Positions 28,073 through 36,590 of a stretch of DNA of 64,000 bases are shown here, piece by piece. Within the stretch, counting starts at the first letter, position 1; every line of letters starts with the position of its first letter. The stretch covers positions 32,738 through 96,737 of the forward strand of contig JBKBLI010000002.1 of the NCBI GenBank assembly GCA_046296435.1, given 5' to 3'. The stretch is from Saprospiraceae bacterium (GTDB taxonomy: Bacteria; Bacteroidota; Bacteroidia; Chitinophagales; Saprospiraceae). Below the pieces are notes generated by a model, which was not told the DNA's origin, did no database searches, and saw only the letters and a list, made by a program, of their open reading frames with translations. A program made the position numbers and the translations under genes.

Positions 28073-28861
28073 ATGAAACTTTCCCTTCTCTTCTCTTTTT
28101 TGCTCCTATCGGCTGTTGCGAACGCTCAATCGGGGTCTCCGTCAAGGTCTTCAGAGACGCTCATTTTTCAGCCGCTCTCGCAACCCGGCCAACAGCGTCC
28201 GCTATCCCCCCCGTCTGCGCCGTTGCTCTCTCAAAAAACGCTGTATGCTATTTTGCTGGCAGTGTTGTTGATCCTCATTTTTGGCGCGGCGATTTTAGCA
28301 TGCCTCAAAATTTCCTCAATCCTGATGCGCATCTTGATCATCGTCGGCGCCTTGGCGCTTGCGGGCTTGGTTTCGTTTGCCCTGCTTTTTGCGATTGGCA
28401 TCACCGCCGAACCCGACACCTCGATGCGAGCAGCCGCCCAGGAAGCCCTGCGCCAATTGGGCAAGCGCCTCGGCCTGTCCATCGAAACCTCGGGAGTAGC
28501 CATTGAAGATGACGATTTCCGGGTCGGTTTGCTGCTGGGCGAAAGTGAGTTTGTCGTGGCCGACTACGTGGACAATCGGGGCCTGAAGGCGCCTTACGCC
28601 CTCATTGATACGGTGCTCCATTACGAGGGCCCAGCCCAAACGCTACCCCCTCTGCCCGCCCCCGACGCAGATGTATGGGTGATCGAGACCCATGCGGCCC
28701 GCCAAAGCGACGCCGCCGCTCCCTTGTATCAAATCGAATGGCGCCTCCGCAACGCCAATCCAAAGGTCGTTGCGGTGCGCTACGCGCAACCGGATCATTT
28801 ATTCCGCGAAACCAGCAGCATTGCCAGAACCTGCCTGATCCGCGCAGGCCAAGCGGAATGA
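28073..28861 (+). CDS. Hypothetical membrane protein (262 aa)
   Basis: It has a signal-like N-terminus, a Pro/Ser-rich linker and two or three hydrophobic helices. I recognise no family. Confidence 0.55.
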   Translation: MKLSLLFSFLLLSAVANAQSGSPSRSSETLIFQPLSQPGQQRPLSPPSAPLLSQKTLYAILLAVLLILIFGAAILACLKISSILMRILIIVGALALAGLVSFALLFAIGITAEPDTSMRAAAQEALRQLGKRLGLSIETSGVAIEDDDFRVGLLLGESEFVVADYVDNRGLKAPYALIDTVLHYEGPAQTLPPLPAPDADVWVIETHAARQSDAAAPLYQIEWRLRNANPKVVAVRYAQPDHLFRETSSIARTCLIRAGQAE

Positions 28862-28898
28862 GCAAAACGCCACATTGGTTTAGCTAATTCAATCTTTT

Positions 28899-29789
28899 AT
28901 GAAAGTATTGATCATCGTTGGCGTCGTCATCTTGCTGGGCGCGCTGGGCCTCGTTTGGCTTGTTTGGATTGGCGAATCTGTCAACGAGCAGATTATCGGA
29001 GAATTTAAAGATGGCGCCGACAAAATCGAGCTTAAAGCCATAAGCGCCTCCAGTTGGGGCAATACATACTCGGCGCGCGCCTTGTATTTCAACGGTAGAT
29101 TGGCGGATTTCCGCGGCTCTATGCTGAACAGCAACCTGGATGGGCACAAGGTGTTCCCTTTGGACGCGCGCGGCCTACGCGTGGATATTTTGGACACAAC
29201 GCACGCGGAAACGCTTCGTCAAACAGAGGCGATGACTAAAAATGCGGCCATTGTAGAGGGAAGAATGGACAGCAATCTCCTGCAACAGCAGCATCCCGAC
29301 ATAAAAAACGGCAGTCCGTGGACGATTTGGGTGAATCCCCATGATTTTGCTGAGGCCGAATACCTCCGTATGATCGAGTTGATTAAAAAAGGAGGCTCGC
29401 AACTTCGCAAGGATCAACGCGCCTTCGAGCAGGATACGAGCCGCAACCCGAATGCGTGGAACAGATACCCGGATCTGATCATCTGGCGCGCGGTCTATCA
29501 CGACTACGACAAACTGGAGTCGCCTTCATTCGTGCGCAAAGATGAGAAAACCGAAGAGGTCATAACCATAAATCACGACGGAGGCGTTTACTTCCAACAC
29601 AAAAGCGAAGCCTATATCGCAGGCTTTGGCTTCGGCCTCGGCCAACTAAACGAAACCGCGGACACGCTCTACCTGATGGAAGGCTGGGACCAGAACGGCA
29701 TCGCCCTTTCCATGTCTGTTTTTGCCCGGTTCAAAGACAAAAATGGCCGCGCGCTGTCTGAGGTTTACCGCATTGTGCCGCCAAGGTAG
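28899..29789 (+). CDS. Hypothetical membrane-anchored protein (296 aa)
   Basis: A single N-terminal TM helix (VLIIVGVVILLGALGLVWLVWI) is present. I recognise no family. Confidence 0.55.
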   Translation: MKVLIIVGVVILLGALGLVWLVWIGESVNEQIIGEFKDGADKIELKAISASSWGNTYSARALYFNGRLADFRGSMLNSNLDGHKVFPLDARGLRVDILDTTHAETLRQTEAMTKNAAIVEGRMDSNLLQQQHPDIKNGSPWTIWVNPHDFAEAEYLRMIELIKKGGSQLRKDQRAFEQDTSRNPNAWNRYPDLIIWRAVYHDYDKLESPSFVRKDEKTEEVITINHDGGVYFQHKSEAYIAGFGFGLGQLNETADTLYLMEGWDQNGIALSMSVFARFKDKNGRALSEVYRIVPPR

Positions 29790-29988
29790 CGGGCAACTTG
29801 GGGATCTGCCGGGACCAAACGTTTGGCATTCACACGCTGAAGCGGCGCGGGAGTAGGTTGCGCCCATGCCCTTTTTTTCTGAAAATTAAAAAAAGAACGG
29901 GCGCAGCCTCAACCTGACGAATGGACTCGAGAACGCCGCTCGCCCGCCAGCCCGGAAAAACACCCGCGTCGGCAGTTCCCCTATTCGT

Positions 29989-30444
29989 CTATTTTTGCAA
30001 ACACGCTTCCAAAAACGCCGCCATCGCCGCGTGGCCGCGCTCACGAGCGATAGACAGGGCCGTGTCGCCGTTTGGGTCGCTGTAATCTACTTTTGCGCCG
30101 TGCTCGACCAACAACTTCGCCATATCCAGACGGTTGCAATAGGCGGCGTGCATGAGCGGGGATGCTACGCCGCTGCCAGGCGAAGGCTGTACGGCGGCGC
30201 CGCAATTGACAAGCATCTCAACGGCCTCAATATCGTCGGTTCCGGCCAGCCAAAACAGCGCGGTTTTGCCCGCTACGGCGTAGCTGAGACCGACTTGGTC
30301 AGCCAAGTATCGTAGATATTCCCTGTCCTTTTGCCGGGCGGCATCCTGAATGATATCGAGCGCAGCGTCGCCGCCGTGTCGCTCTCCGTAGCGCCGCCTG
30401 TCGGACTCGAGCCTATGCTTGAAGAGACTTGATTTATTAGCCAT
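29989..30444 (-). CDS. Ankyrin-repeat protein (151 aa)
   Basis: I trimmed the start to the ATG at 30444. Ankyrin-type repeats are present (GKTALFWLAGTDDIEAVEMLVNCGAAV; SPLMHAAYCNRLDMAKLLVEHGAKVDYSDPNGDTALSIA). Confidence 0.7.
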   Translation of the reverse strand: MANKSSLFKHRLESDRRRYGERHGGDAALDIIQDAARQKDREYLRYLADQVGLSYAVAGKTALFWLAGTDDIEAVEMLVNCGAAVQPSPGSGVASPLMHAAYCNRLDMAKLLVEHGAKVDYSDPNGDTALSIARERGHAAMAAFLEACLQK

Positions 30445-30518
30445 AGGTGGTGCGTTCGCCAACCGCCTGGCCTTGTGTTGTAAACCGCAGGCAGCGCGAG
30501 GAGCGCGGCCTGTACCGG

Positions 30519-31304
30519 TCAATCGGCCGACGAAAATTCCAACAACAGTTGCCCGTCTTTAGGCTCGATGCTCATGTGCTGATAGCCCTCGATATCGGTA
30601 ATGGTGAGCCTTTTCGTAGCTGCGTCGTACTCTCCTTTGGTTTTGGCGCTCCAAAACCAAAGCGGGCGAAACAGCACAAACGCTTCCTGAACCGTGAATT
30701 TGTCCGCCGGCAAATAGAAATGATGGGTCACGCCGCCCTCATAGTACTCGAACTGAAAGACGGCGCCGTCCTCGAACTCCTGCCGGTATCCCTCCACCAG
30801 ACCGGGCTTCTGCGGCAAAGGCTTGCGCTCGCCCTTGGGGCGGGAGATCCTAGCGTAAAAAGCCTCGACGTAAGAGTCTATGTCCGCCTCAGGCTCTTCT
30901 ATCTGAGGCAGATAACGCGAGAGATACCCCTCAAAGAGATAGCCCTCTTTCCCGTCATTCGTTCTGACTTTTACCCAGCCGCCCGACACCTCAAAACTGC
31001 CCATCCTTTCAGCCACATATCGGTTGGCGGGGTCGGGCAATTCGAGCACGGTAAGCGGTTCGCCGTTCATGGGCAGGTTCATGATTTTTTCGCCATCCTT
31101 TGAGGGCGTTTTACGCAGTACGAGGCCGCTGGGCGCATGCACGTACAAAACGCCGCCCACTTTCAGGGTATGGGCTTCGGAGGGCTTGCTTGCAGGGGCG
31201 GCAACGTCAGACTTGGCGTCGCTCGCCGGAGAGGCTATTTTGTTGTCCTGTTTACAAGCCCCAAATAATCCCGCCGCTAACAGAAAGATGAGTGTTTTTT
31301 TCAT
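30519..31304 (-). CDS. Lipoprotein with SH3-like domain (261 aa)
   Basis: A lipobox is present (MKKTLIFLLAAGLFGAC). The segment VHAPSGLVLRKTPSKDGEKI...GWVKVRTNDGKEGYLFEGYL resembles a bacterial SH3 domain. Confidence 0.6.
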   Translation of the reverse strand: MKKTLIFLLAAGLFGACKQDNKIASPASDAKSDVAAPASKPSEAHTLKVGGVLYVHAPSGLVLRKTPSKDGEKIMNLPMNGEPLTVLELPDPANRYVAERMGSFEVSGGWVKVRTNDGKEGYLFEGYLSRYLPQIEEPEADIDSYVEAFYARISRPKGERKPLPQKPGLVEGYRQEFEDGAVFQFEYYEGGVTHHFYLPADKFTVQEAFVLFRPLWFWSAKTKGEYDAATKRLTITDIEGYQHMSIEPKDGQLLLEFSSAD

Positions 31305-31309
31305 GCCGT

Positions 31310-31705
31310 TCAGAGCGATTTTTCGAGCAGCGCAACGATATGCTCCGGAGAATACCGGCTGTAAACCCCTCCTGCAAGCTGCATCTTGTGATATAGCTCG
31401 CCACCCTCAAACCGGAGCTCGACGGCGCTCTGATCGTCGGTATTTTCCAATCGGATGGATTTTAGCGCAGATTGGAGCGCCTCTTTTCCCATATCGTCGC
31501 GACAGACGCTTTTAAAAACTTCGATCAGGCCCGGCAGAATATCGCCCTCCAAACGGCTGAGCGGATACTCGTCGTAAGCCGTGAAAGTATCCCAATCGAT
31601 GTTCAGTTCCGGCTCAAAACCGGCAATGGATTTGACTTCGGCCATGAAGGCGGGCAAGGCGTTATCCTGAATGTCTTTGGCTAAACGTTTTTCTTGAAGT
31701 CCCAT
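31310..31705 (-). CDS. Hypothetical protein (131 aa)
   Basis: I trimmed the start to the ATG at 31705. The gene ends 5 nt upstream of the lipoprotein gene start, so the two are probably co-transcribed. I recognise no family. Confidence 0.5.
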   Translation of the reverse strand: MGLQEKRLAKDIQDNALPAFMAEVKSIAGFEPELNIDWDTFTAYDEYPLSRLEGDILPGLIEVFKSVCRDDMGKEALQSALKSIRLENTDDQSAVELRFEGGELYHKMQLAGGVYSRYSPEHIVALLEKSL

Positions 31706-31831
31706 GTTTTGAAAAAATGTGAATGAATTGGTCGGGTTTACACAAAAAAAATTTTTTACAAAACGCAAAATGCGTCATCTTAGTAACTTCGCCCCAAAAG
31801 ATAATCTTAACTTAACAGTCCCCCCCGGCGC

Positions 31832-32143
31832 TCACCTGCGCTCCCGGGAAACCTGCAATATCATTTCGCCCGTGATGGGGATCCCCGCCGCCTTCTTTGC
31901 TTTGATCCACTCGACCAACCATTCTAATCGACAATATATCACAAAACCCTCAAAATCTTTCTGCAAAAGCGCCTCGGCCGGAAAACTGCCCCCGCTTTGC
32001 ATGACGCCCCTGCCCTCTACCAGTGCGATAGGATTGTTGGGATCATTCAGAATCGCATAGACTGCATAAGGCCAGGATACCGTTTCGCCCCGCCAGTTGG
32101 CATAGACGCGCTCACCTTCGGCTATCAACAACATTTGCTCCAT
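31832..32143 (-). CDS. Hypothetical protein (103 aa)
   Basis: It has an ATG start with a T7-G-A5 motif directly upstream. I recognise no family. Confidence 0.45.
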   Translation of the reverse strand: MEQMLLIAEGERVYANWRGETVSWPYAVYAILNDPNNPIALVEGRGVMQSGGSFPAEALLQKDFEGFVIYCRLEWLVEWIKAKKAAGIPITGEMILQVSRERR

Positions 32144-32299
32144 GTTTTTTTGAAAAATACAACGCGCCCCCGATTAACGACCGGCCTCCTGATTATGTTG
32201 CAGCGTCGCAAGGCGCGCGCTTCGTTGGGCAAGGGTTGGACCCTGGTCAAAACAAATAAGCCCGCGCGGCGTTTAAAAGAGAATAAGGGCGCCTTTCCC

Positions 32300-32890
32300 A
32301 TGATACAAAGACAAGCCGAAGCGCGGATACCTACGCGGTATGGCGATTTTCTGATGATCGCCTACGCCGAAACCCCCGACGAGAAGATGCCGCATATCGC
32401 TTTCGTGTCCCAAAACACGAATTATGCGCAGCCTGTGCCTGTGCGCATACATTCTGAGTGTATGACCGGCGATGTGTTCGGCTCCCGGCGTTGCGACTGC
32501 GGCGAACAATTGGACGCCGCGCTGAACTATGTGGCGCAACGCGGCGGCGCAGTGATTTACCTGCGACAGGAAGGCCGCGGCATCGGTCTGATCAACAAGC
32601 TGAAAGCCTACCAATTGCAGGACGTAGGCTTCAACACAGCCGACGCCAATACGCATCTCGGCTTCGACGTGGACGCCCGTCAGTATGCTTGCGCCATACA
32701 CATCCTTCAGGACCTGGGCATCCATCGCGTCGAACTGATCACCAACAATCCGGACAAAGAAGCGGCGCTACGCCATTCGCCCATCGAAGTGGCAGGCCGC
32801 ATCCCCTCCATCGTCGCGCCGCATGCAGACAATCGGGACTACCTGCTCACCAAGCAGGAATTGATGGGGCATTGGTTAGATATCGCCTGA
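32300..32890 (+). CDS. ribA: GTP cyclohydrolase II
   Basis: I trimmed the start to the ATG at 32300 (MIQRQAEARIPTRYGDF...). The motif RIHSECMTGDVFGSRRCDCGEQL and the downstream EGRGIGLINK are diagnostic. Confidence 0.9.
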   Translation: MIQRQAEARIPTRYGDFLMIAYAETPDEKMPHIAFVSQNTNYAQPVPVRIHSECMTGDVFGSRRCDCGEQLDAALNYVAQRGGAVIYLRQEGRGIGLINKLKAYQLQDVGFNTADANTHLGFDVDARQYACAIHILQDLGIHRVELITNNPDKEAALRHSPIEVAGRIPSIVAPHADNRDYLLTKQELMGHWLDIA

Positions 32891-33083
32891 TTATTGGGCT
32901 GATTGCGCCGCGCAGGGCAACATATTGCCCGATCGAACAGTTTTATGTTCTGAAAAAAGGGCTACGTCAGCCCCAACCCGCGCCCGGTCCTTACCTGTGC
33001 TTCCGCTCGCGGTATTTTTTTTTTTGAAAAAGGAAGCGGGCACGGGCGAGCGCAGGAACAAAGCATTGGCAGGACGCAGCCGC

Positions 33084-34379
33084 ATGACCGTTTACAAAAA
33101 ATTGCCAGCCATGCGCGAACACTTCCTCCATTTCCTCTGGCGAATGAAGCGATTCGACCTGCGCGACCTATGCACTACCGAGGGCGAATCCGTGCAAATC
33201 GCCGACGGCGGCGAACACAACCCCCACGCCGGCCCCGATTTTTTCAACGCCCGCATTCGCATCGGAGAGAATACCTGGGCCGGCAACGTCGAGATGCACG
33301 TACGGGCTTCCGAATGGGACGAACACCGACACGCCGCCGACCCCGCTTACCGCAACGTGATCCTCCACGTGGTCTGGGAAGAAGACCGACCCGCCCTCCG
33401 GCACAATGGCGAACGTATCCCTTGCCTCGCACTCAAAGACCGCACCCCGCAGGCCGTTCTCGACGCATATCTGACCCTCGAACACGAACCCTACGCCATC
33501 CCATGTCGGCGCTTCTTCAGCCAAACGCCCGAAATCCTGCGCCTCAATTGGTATGACCGCCTCGTCGTAGAGCGCCTCGAAGAGCGCACCGAAGCCGTAG
33601 TCCATGCGCTGGAGCAAGCGGAAGGGAGCTGGGAAGAGGCTTTCTACTGCCGTACGGCACACGCATTTGGCCTCAAGATCAATGCCCAACCCTTCGAGAT
33701 GCTGGCCCGAAGCCTGCCGCTGCGCATCCTCGCCAAACACAAAAACGACCCGACCCAACTGGAAGCCCTCCTGTTTGGACAGGCGGGGATGCTCAACCAG
33801 ATATTCGCCGACGAGCACCCCCAAATACTCCAGCGCGAATACGAACACCTGCGCCACAAGTACGGCCTGACACCCCTGCCCGATGGGGCCTGGAAATTCC
33901 TGCGCCTGCGTCCGGCTAACTTCCCCACGCTGCGTATCGCCCAGTTTGCCGCGCTCATCCACCGCTCCGCACACTTGCTGAGCAAGACCCTCGAGGCTGC
34001 CGACGCGCGCGAACTGGCACACCTGTACGCCGCCGAGCCAGGCCCATACTGGCGCAACCGCTATCAGTTGGACAAGGCTTCCGTCGCCAAAGATAAGCGC
34101 ATCGGCAAGACCTTCCTCGGCCTGATCTGGATCAACGCCACGATCCCCTTTGTATATCATTATGGCAAGCAAATGCACCGCAAAGATCTTCAGGACAAAG
34201 CCCTCTCATGGCTCGAAGCGCTGCCCCCCGAAAGCAACGCCGTACTCGACCGCTGGGCCGAACTCGGCGCCACCGCCCGCAACGCCTGGCAATCTCAAGC
34301 CCTAATGCACCTCCAGTCGCGCTATTGCACCCCCCGCCGCTGTTTAGAATGCGCCATCGGCGGCGCTATACTCCGCTGA
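33084..34379 (+). CDS. DUF2851 family protein
   Basis: The sequence MREHFLHFLWRMKRFDLRDL...HNPHAGPDFFNARIRIGENTWAGNVEMHVRASEWDEHRH matches DUF2851. The start is either 33084 (MTVYKK) or 33111 (MREHF). Confidence 0.75.
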   Translation: MTVYKKLPAMREHFLHFLWRMKRFDLRDLCTTEGESVQIADGGEHNPHAGPDFFNARIRIGENTWAGNVEMHVRASEWDEHRHAADPAYRNVILHVVWEEDRPALRHNGERIPCLALKDRTPQAVLDAYLTLEHEPYAIPCRRFFSQTPEILRLNWYDRLVVERLEERTEAVVHALEQAEGSWEEAFYCRTAHAFGLKINAQPFEMLARSLPLRILAKHKNDPTQLEALLFGQAGMLNQIFADEHPQILQREYEHLRHKYGLTPLPDGAWKFLRLRPANFPTLRIAQFAALIHRSAHLLSKTLEAADARELAHLYAAEPGPYWRNRYQLDKASVAKDKRIGKTFLGLIWINATIPFVYHYGKQMHRKDLQDKALSWLEALPPESNAVLDRWAELGATARNAWQSQALMHLQSRYCTPRRCLECAIGGAILR

Positions 34380-34559
34380 CGCGCCGACCGGTCGCCCCCC
34401 GAAAAAAGCCCCAAAGTCCCGCCTTTGACATAAAAACCGGGCGCTAATACAACATTTCAGGCGTCTGACCTGTTAATTTGACAAATCCTGAGACAGCCAT
34501 TGCCAAGTCACACGAATTCCCTGCGGCGACTTTTGCGTTGCCCGTATTCAAACAGCGAC

Positions 34560-35813
34560 ATGTCCATATACCCCCCGGTTGCCATCAACTTCTGCCCAGC
34601 CCGCGATGCGCAAGCCCTCTCCGTAGAGATTTGTGTCGCTTCTCAGTACAGCGAGGCAGCCCCGGTTTGGGAGCGTCTGATCCCCGACACCCATTTTTTT
34701 CTGAAAAAAACATGGTTGGAAGCCGTAGAGAGCGCCCTTCCCTACGATATGCGCCTGCTGTACCTGAGCTTCATGAAGGCGGGGCGGCCCGTGGGCGCGG
34801 CAATATGCCAGATACAGCGCTTTCGGGCCGGCGAAAGTTTGCCATCCTTGCGGGAAACTCCAAACAGCCGCTGCGCATTGAACAACATAGCCCATTGGCT
34901 CTCGCGCAAAGTAGCCGCCAACTTCAAGACCGATCTGGTCGTGTGCGGCAACCTCTTACTTACAGGCGAGCATGGCTACTATTTCGATAGTCGCCATGTC
35001 GCCGAAGACGCCGCCGCCCTCATGCTCGAAAAAGGGCTTCGGGAACTGAGTCAGCGCCTCCAGACCGAGGGACAGCGGGCCTCAATTTGGCTGATCAAAG
35101 ACATTCTGCCGCGCCGAAGTACATTGACCCGATCGCTGACCGACACCGGATTCACCCCCTTCTACATACAGCCCAACATGCGCATGGCACTCCCCTTCGC
35201 CCATTTCGAGAAATATCTCGAGGGCATGAGCGCCAAATACCGCGCCAATATCAAACGCGCCCTCAACAAAAGGCGCGACATCCGCACCGAAGAACTCAGC
35301 ACCCCGCAACTCGAGTACCTCCAAGCTCCCATGTTTGCTTTGTACCAACAGGTAGTCGGCGACGCGGAATTCAACATGGTCAAACTACGCCCCGATTATT
35401 TTTTGGTTTTGAAAAAAAAATTGGGACAAGGGTTTAGGGTGTGGGGCTACTTCGCGGAAGACAGGCTGCTCGGTTTCTTCAGCTCCATAAAACACGGAGA
35501 CACAACAGAGGCCCATTTTCTGGGCTACGATAAAAACGAAAATGCCCGCTACCAACTCTACCTCAACATGCTGGTCGATCTTGTGCGCACAGCCATAGAA
35601 AGCCAAAGCCGCGAACTGATTCTGGGACGCACCGCGCCGGAGATCAAAAGCTCCATCGGCGCCGAGCCCGAAGATTATCTCTGCTTCATTCGCGCCCAAA
35701 ACCCCCTGGCCAACAAAGTCGCTAAACCCGTACTCGATCGCCTCATCCCCAAAACGGAGTGGAAACAAAGACACCCTTTCCGCAAGACCGCCGAGCACTC
35801 CGATCCGGATTAA
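34560..35813 (+). CDS. GNAT / FemAB-like acetyltransferase family protein
   Basis: I trimmed the start to the ATG at 34560 (MSIYPPVAINF). The length and the pattern (...FFLKKTWLEAVESA..., a C-terminal GNAT-like half) resemble BioF2-like/Acetyltransf_6 proteins. The assignment is tentative. Confidence 0.5.
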   Translation: MSIYPPVAINFCPARDAQALSVEICVASQYSEAAPVWERLIPDTHFFLKKTWLEAVESALPYDMRLLYLSFMKAGRPVGAAICQIQRFRAGESLPSLRETPNSRCALNNIAHWLSRKVAANFKTDLVVCGNLLLTGEHGYYFDSRHVAEDAAALMLEKGLRELSQRLQTEGQRASIWLIKDILPRRSTLTRSLTDTGFTPFYIQPNMRMALPFAHFEKYLEGMSAKYRANIKRALNKRRDIRTEELSTPQLEYLQAPMFALYQQVVGDAEFNMVKLRPDYFLVLKKKLGQGFRVWGYFAEDRLLGFFSSIKHGDTTEAHFLGYDKNENARYQLYLNMLVDLVRTAIESQSRELILGRTAPEIKSSIGAEPEDYLCFIRAQNPLANKVAKPVLDRLIPKTEWKQRHPFRKTAEHSDPD

Positions 35814-35938
35814 CCTCCGCCCCACGGGGCCGCACGCCAAAAAGCGGCGTCGTATGGGTGTAAAATTTTCACCAATCTGCCGCCGCTCTGCAACTTTTGC
35901 CCGGCGCGCCCGTCTTTCCTTCAAACAACAACTTTAAC

Positions 35939-36571
35939 ATGCGCAAGACCTCTGTCCTGGCCGCCATCTTCTTTATGGCCGCCTTCGCCAATCCCCTTTC
36001 CGCTCAATCCCAACGCGAACAAACCCTTTTGGGCGACCGCGGTTTCAGGCTCACCGGCTTTTGGGCCAACTGGAACCACCAACTGGCCCCTTTCGACAAC
36101 CAATACGGCTACATCAGGGGCTGGCAATTCGGACTCGAATTTGGCAAGGCCATCTTCCTGGGCTACGGCCGAAACCGACTCGACGAACCCGTTACGCTGG
36201 CCGACGGGCGTCGTTTGGAATTCAACTACAACGCATTTAAAATCGGCTACGGCATCACGCCCTGGCGGGCCATTCACCCGATTGTGCAGATAGATTTTGG
36301 CCCGGGTCGCACCCGTATTGACAACGAGTCGCGCCGCAACAATTTTGTCATCCAGCCCGCGGCGGGACTTGAACTCAACGTATTCCGCTGGTTGCGTCTG
36401 GATATGGAAGGCGGGTACCGCTTCGTCCGCAACTCCGGCACAGCCATGGCCCTCGTCAGCGACCGCGAACTCAGCGGACCCTACGCGCAAGCCACCGCCC
36501 GATTCGGCCTGTCGTGGGGCAAACACCATACCGCCCCGAAATACGCCCGCAAAAAGCCGGCTGAGCAATAG
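35939..36571 (+). CDS. Outer-membrane beta-barrel protein (porin-family-like)
   Basis: I trimmed the start to the ATG at 35939 (MRKTSVLAAIFFMAAFANPLSAQ, a signal). Alternating amphipathic strands are visible. The sequence G-L-S-W lies near the C-terminus. Confidence 0.6.
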   Translation: MRKTSVLAAIFFMAAFANPLSAQSQREQTLLGDRGFRLTGFWANWNHQLAPFDNQYGYIRGWQFGLEFGKAIFLGYGRNRLDEPVTLADGRRLEFNYNAFKIGYGITPWRAIHPIVQIDFGPGRTRIDNESRRNNFVIQPAAGLELNVFRWLRLDMEGGYRFVRNSGTAMALVSDRELSGPYAQATARFGLSWGKHHTAPKYARKKPAEQ

Positions 36572-36590
36572 GTCTGCGCGCGGCGCAACA

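Noticed and set aside
32144-32299. Possible FMN (RFN) riboswitch in the 156-nt region upstream of ribA.
   Set aside because: I could not find the conserved RFN core segments or the multi-stem junction. The region is short and shared with a divergent gene. An Infernal scan would settle it, but by eye it does not fit.
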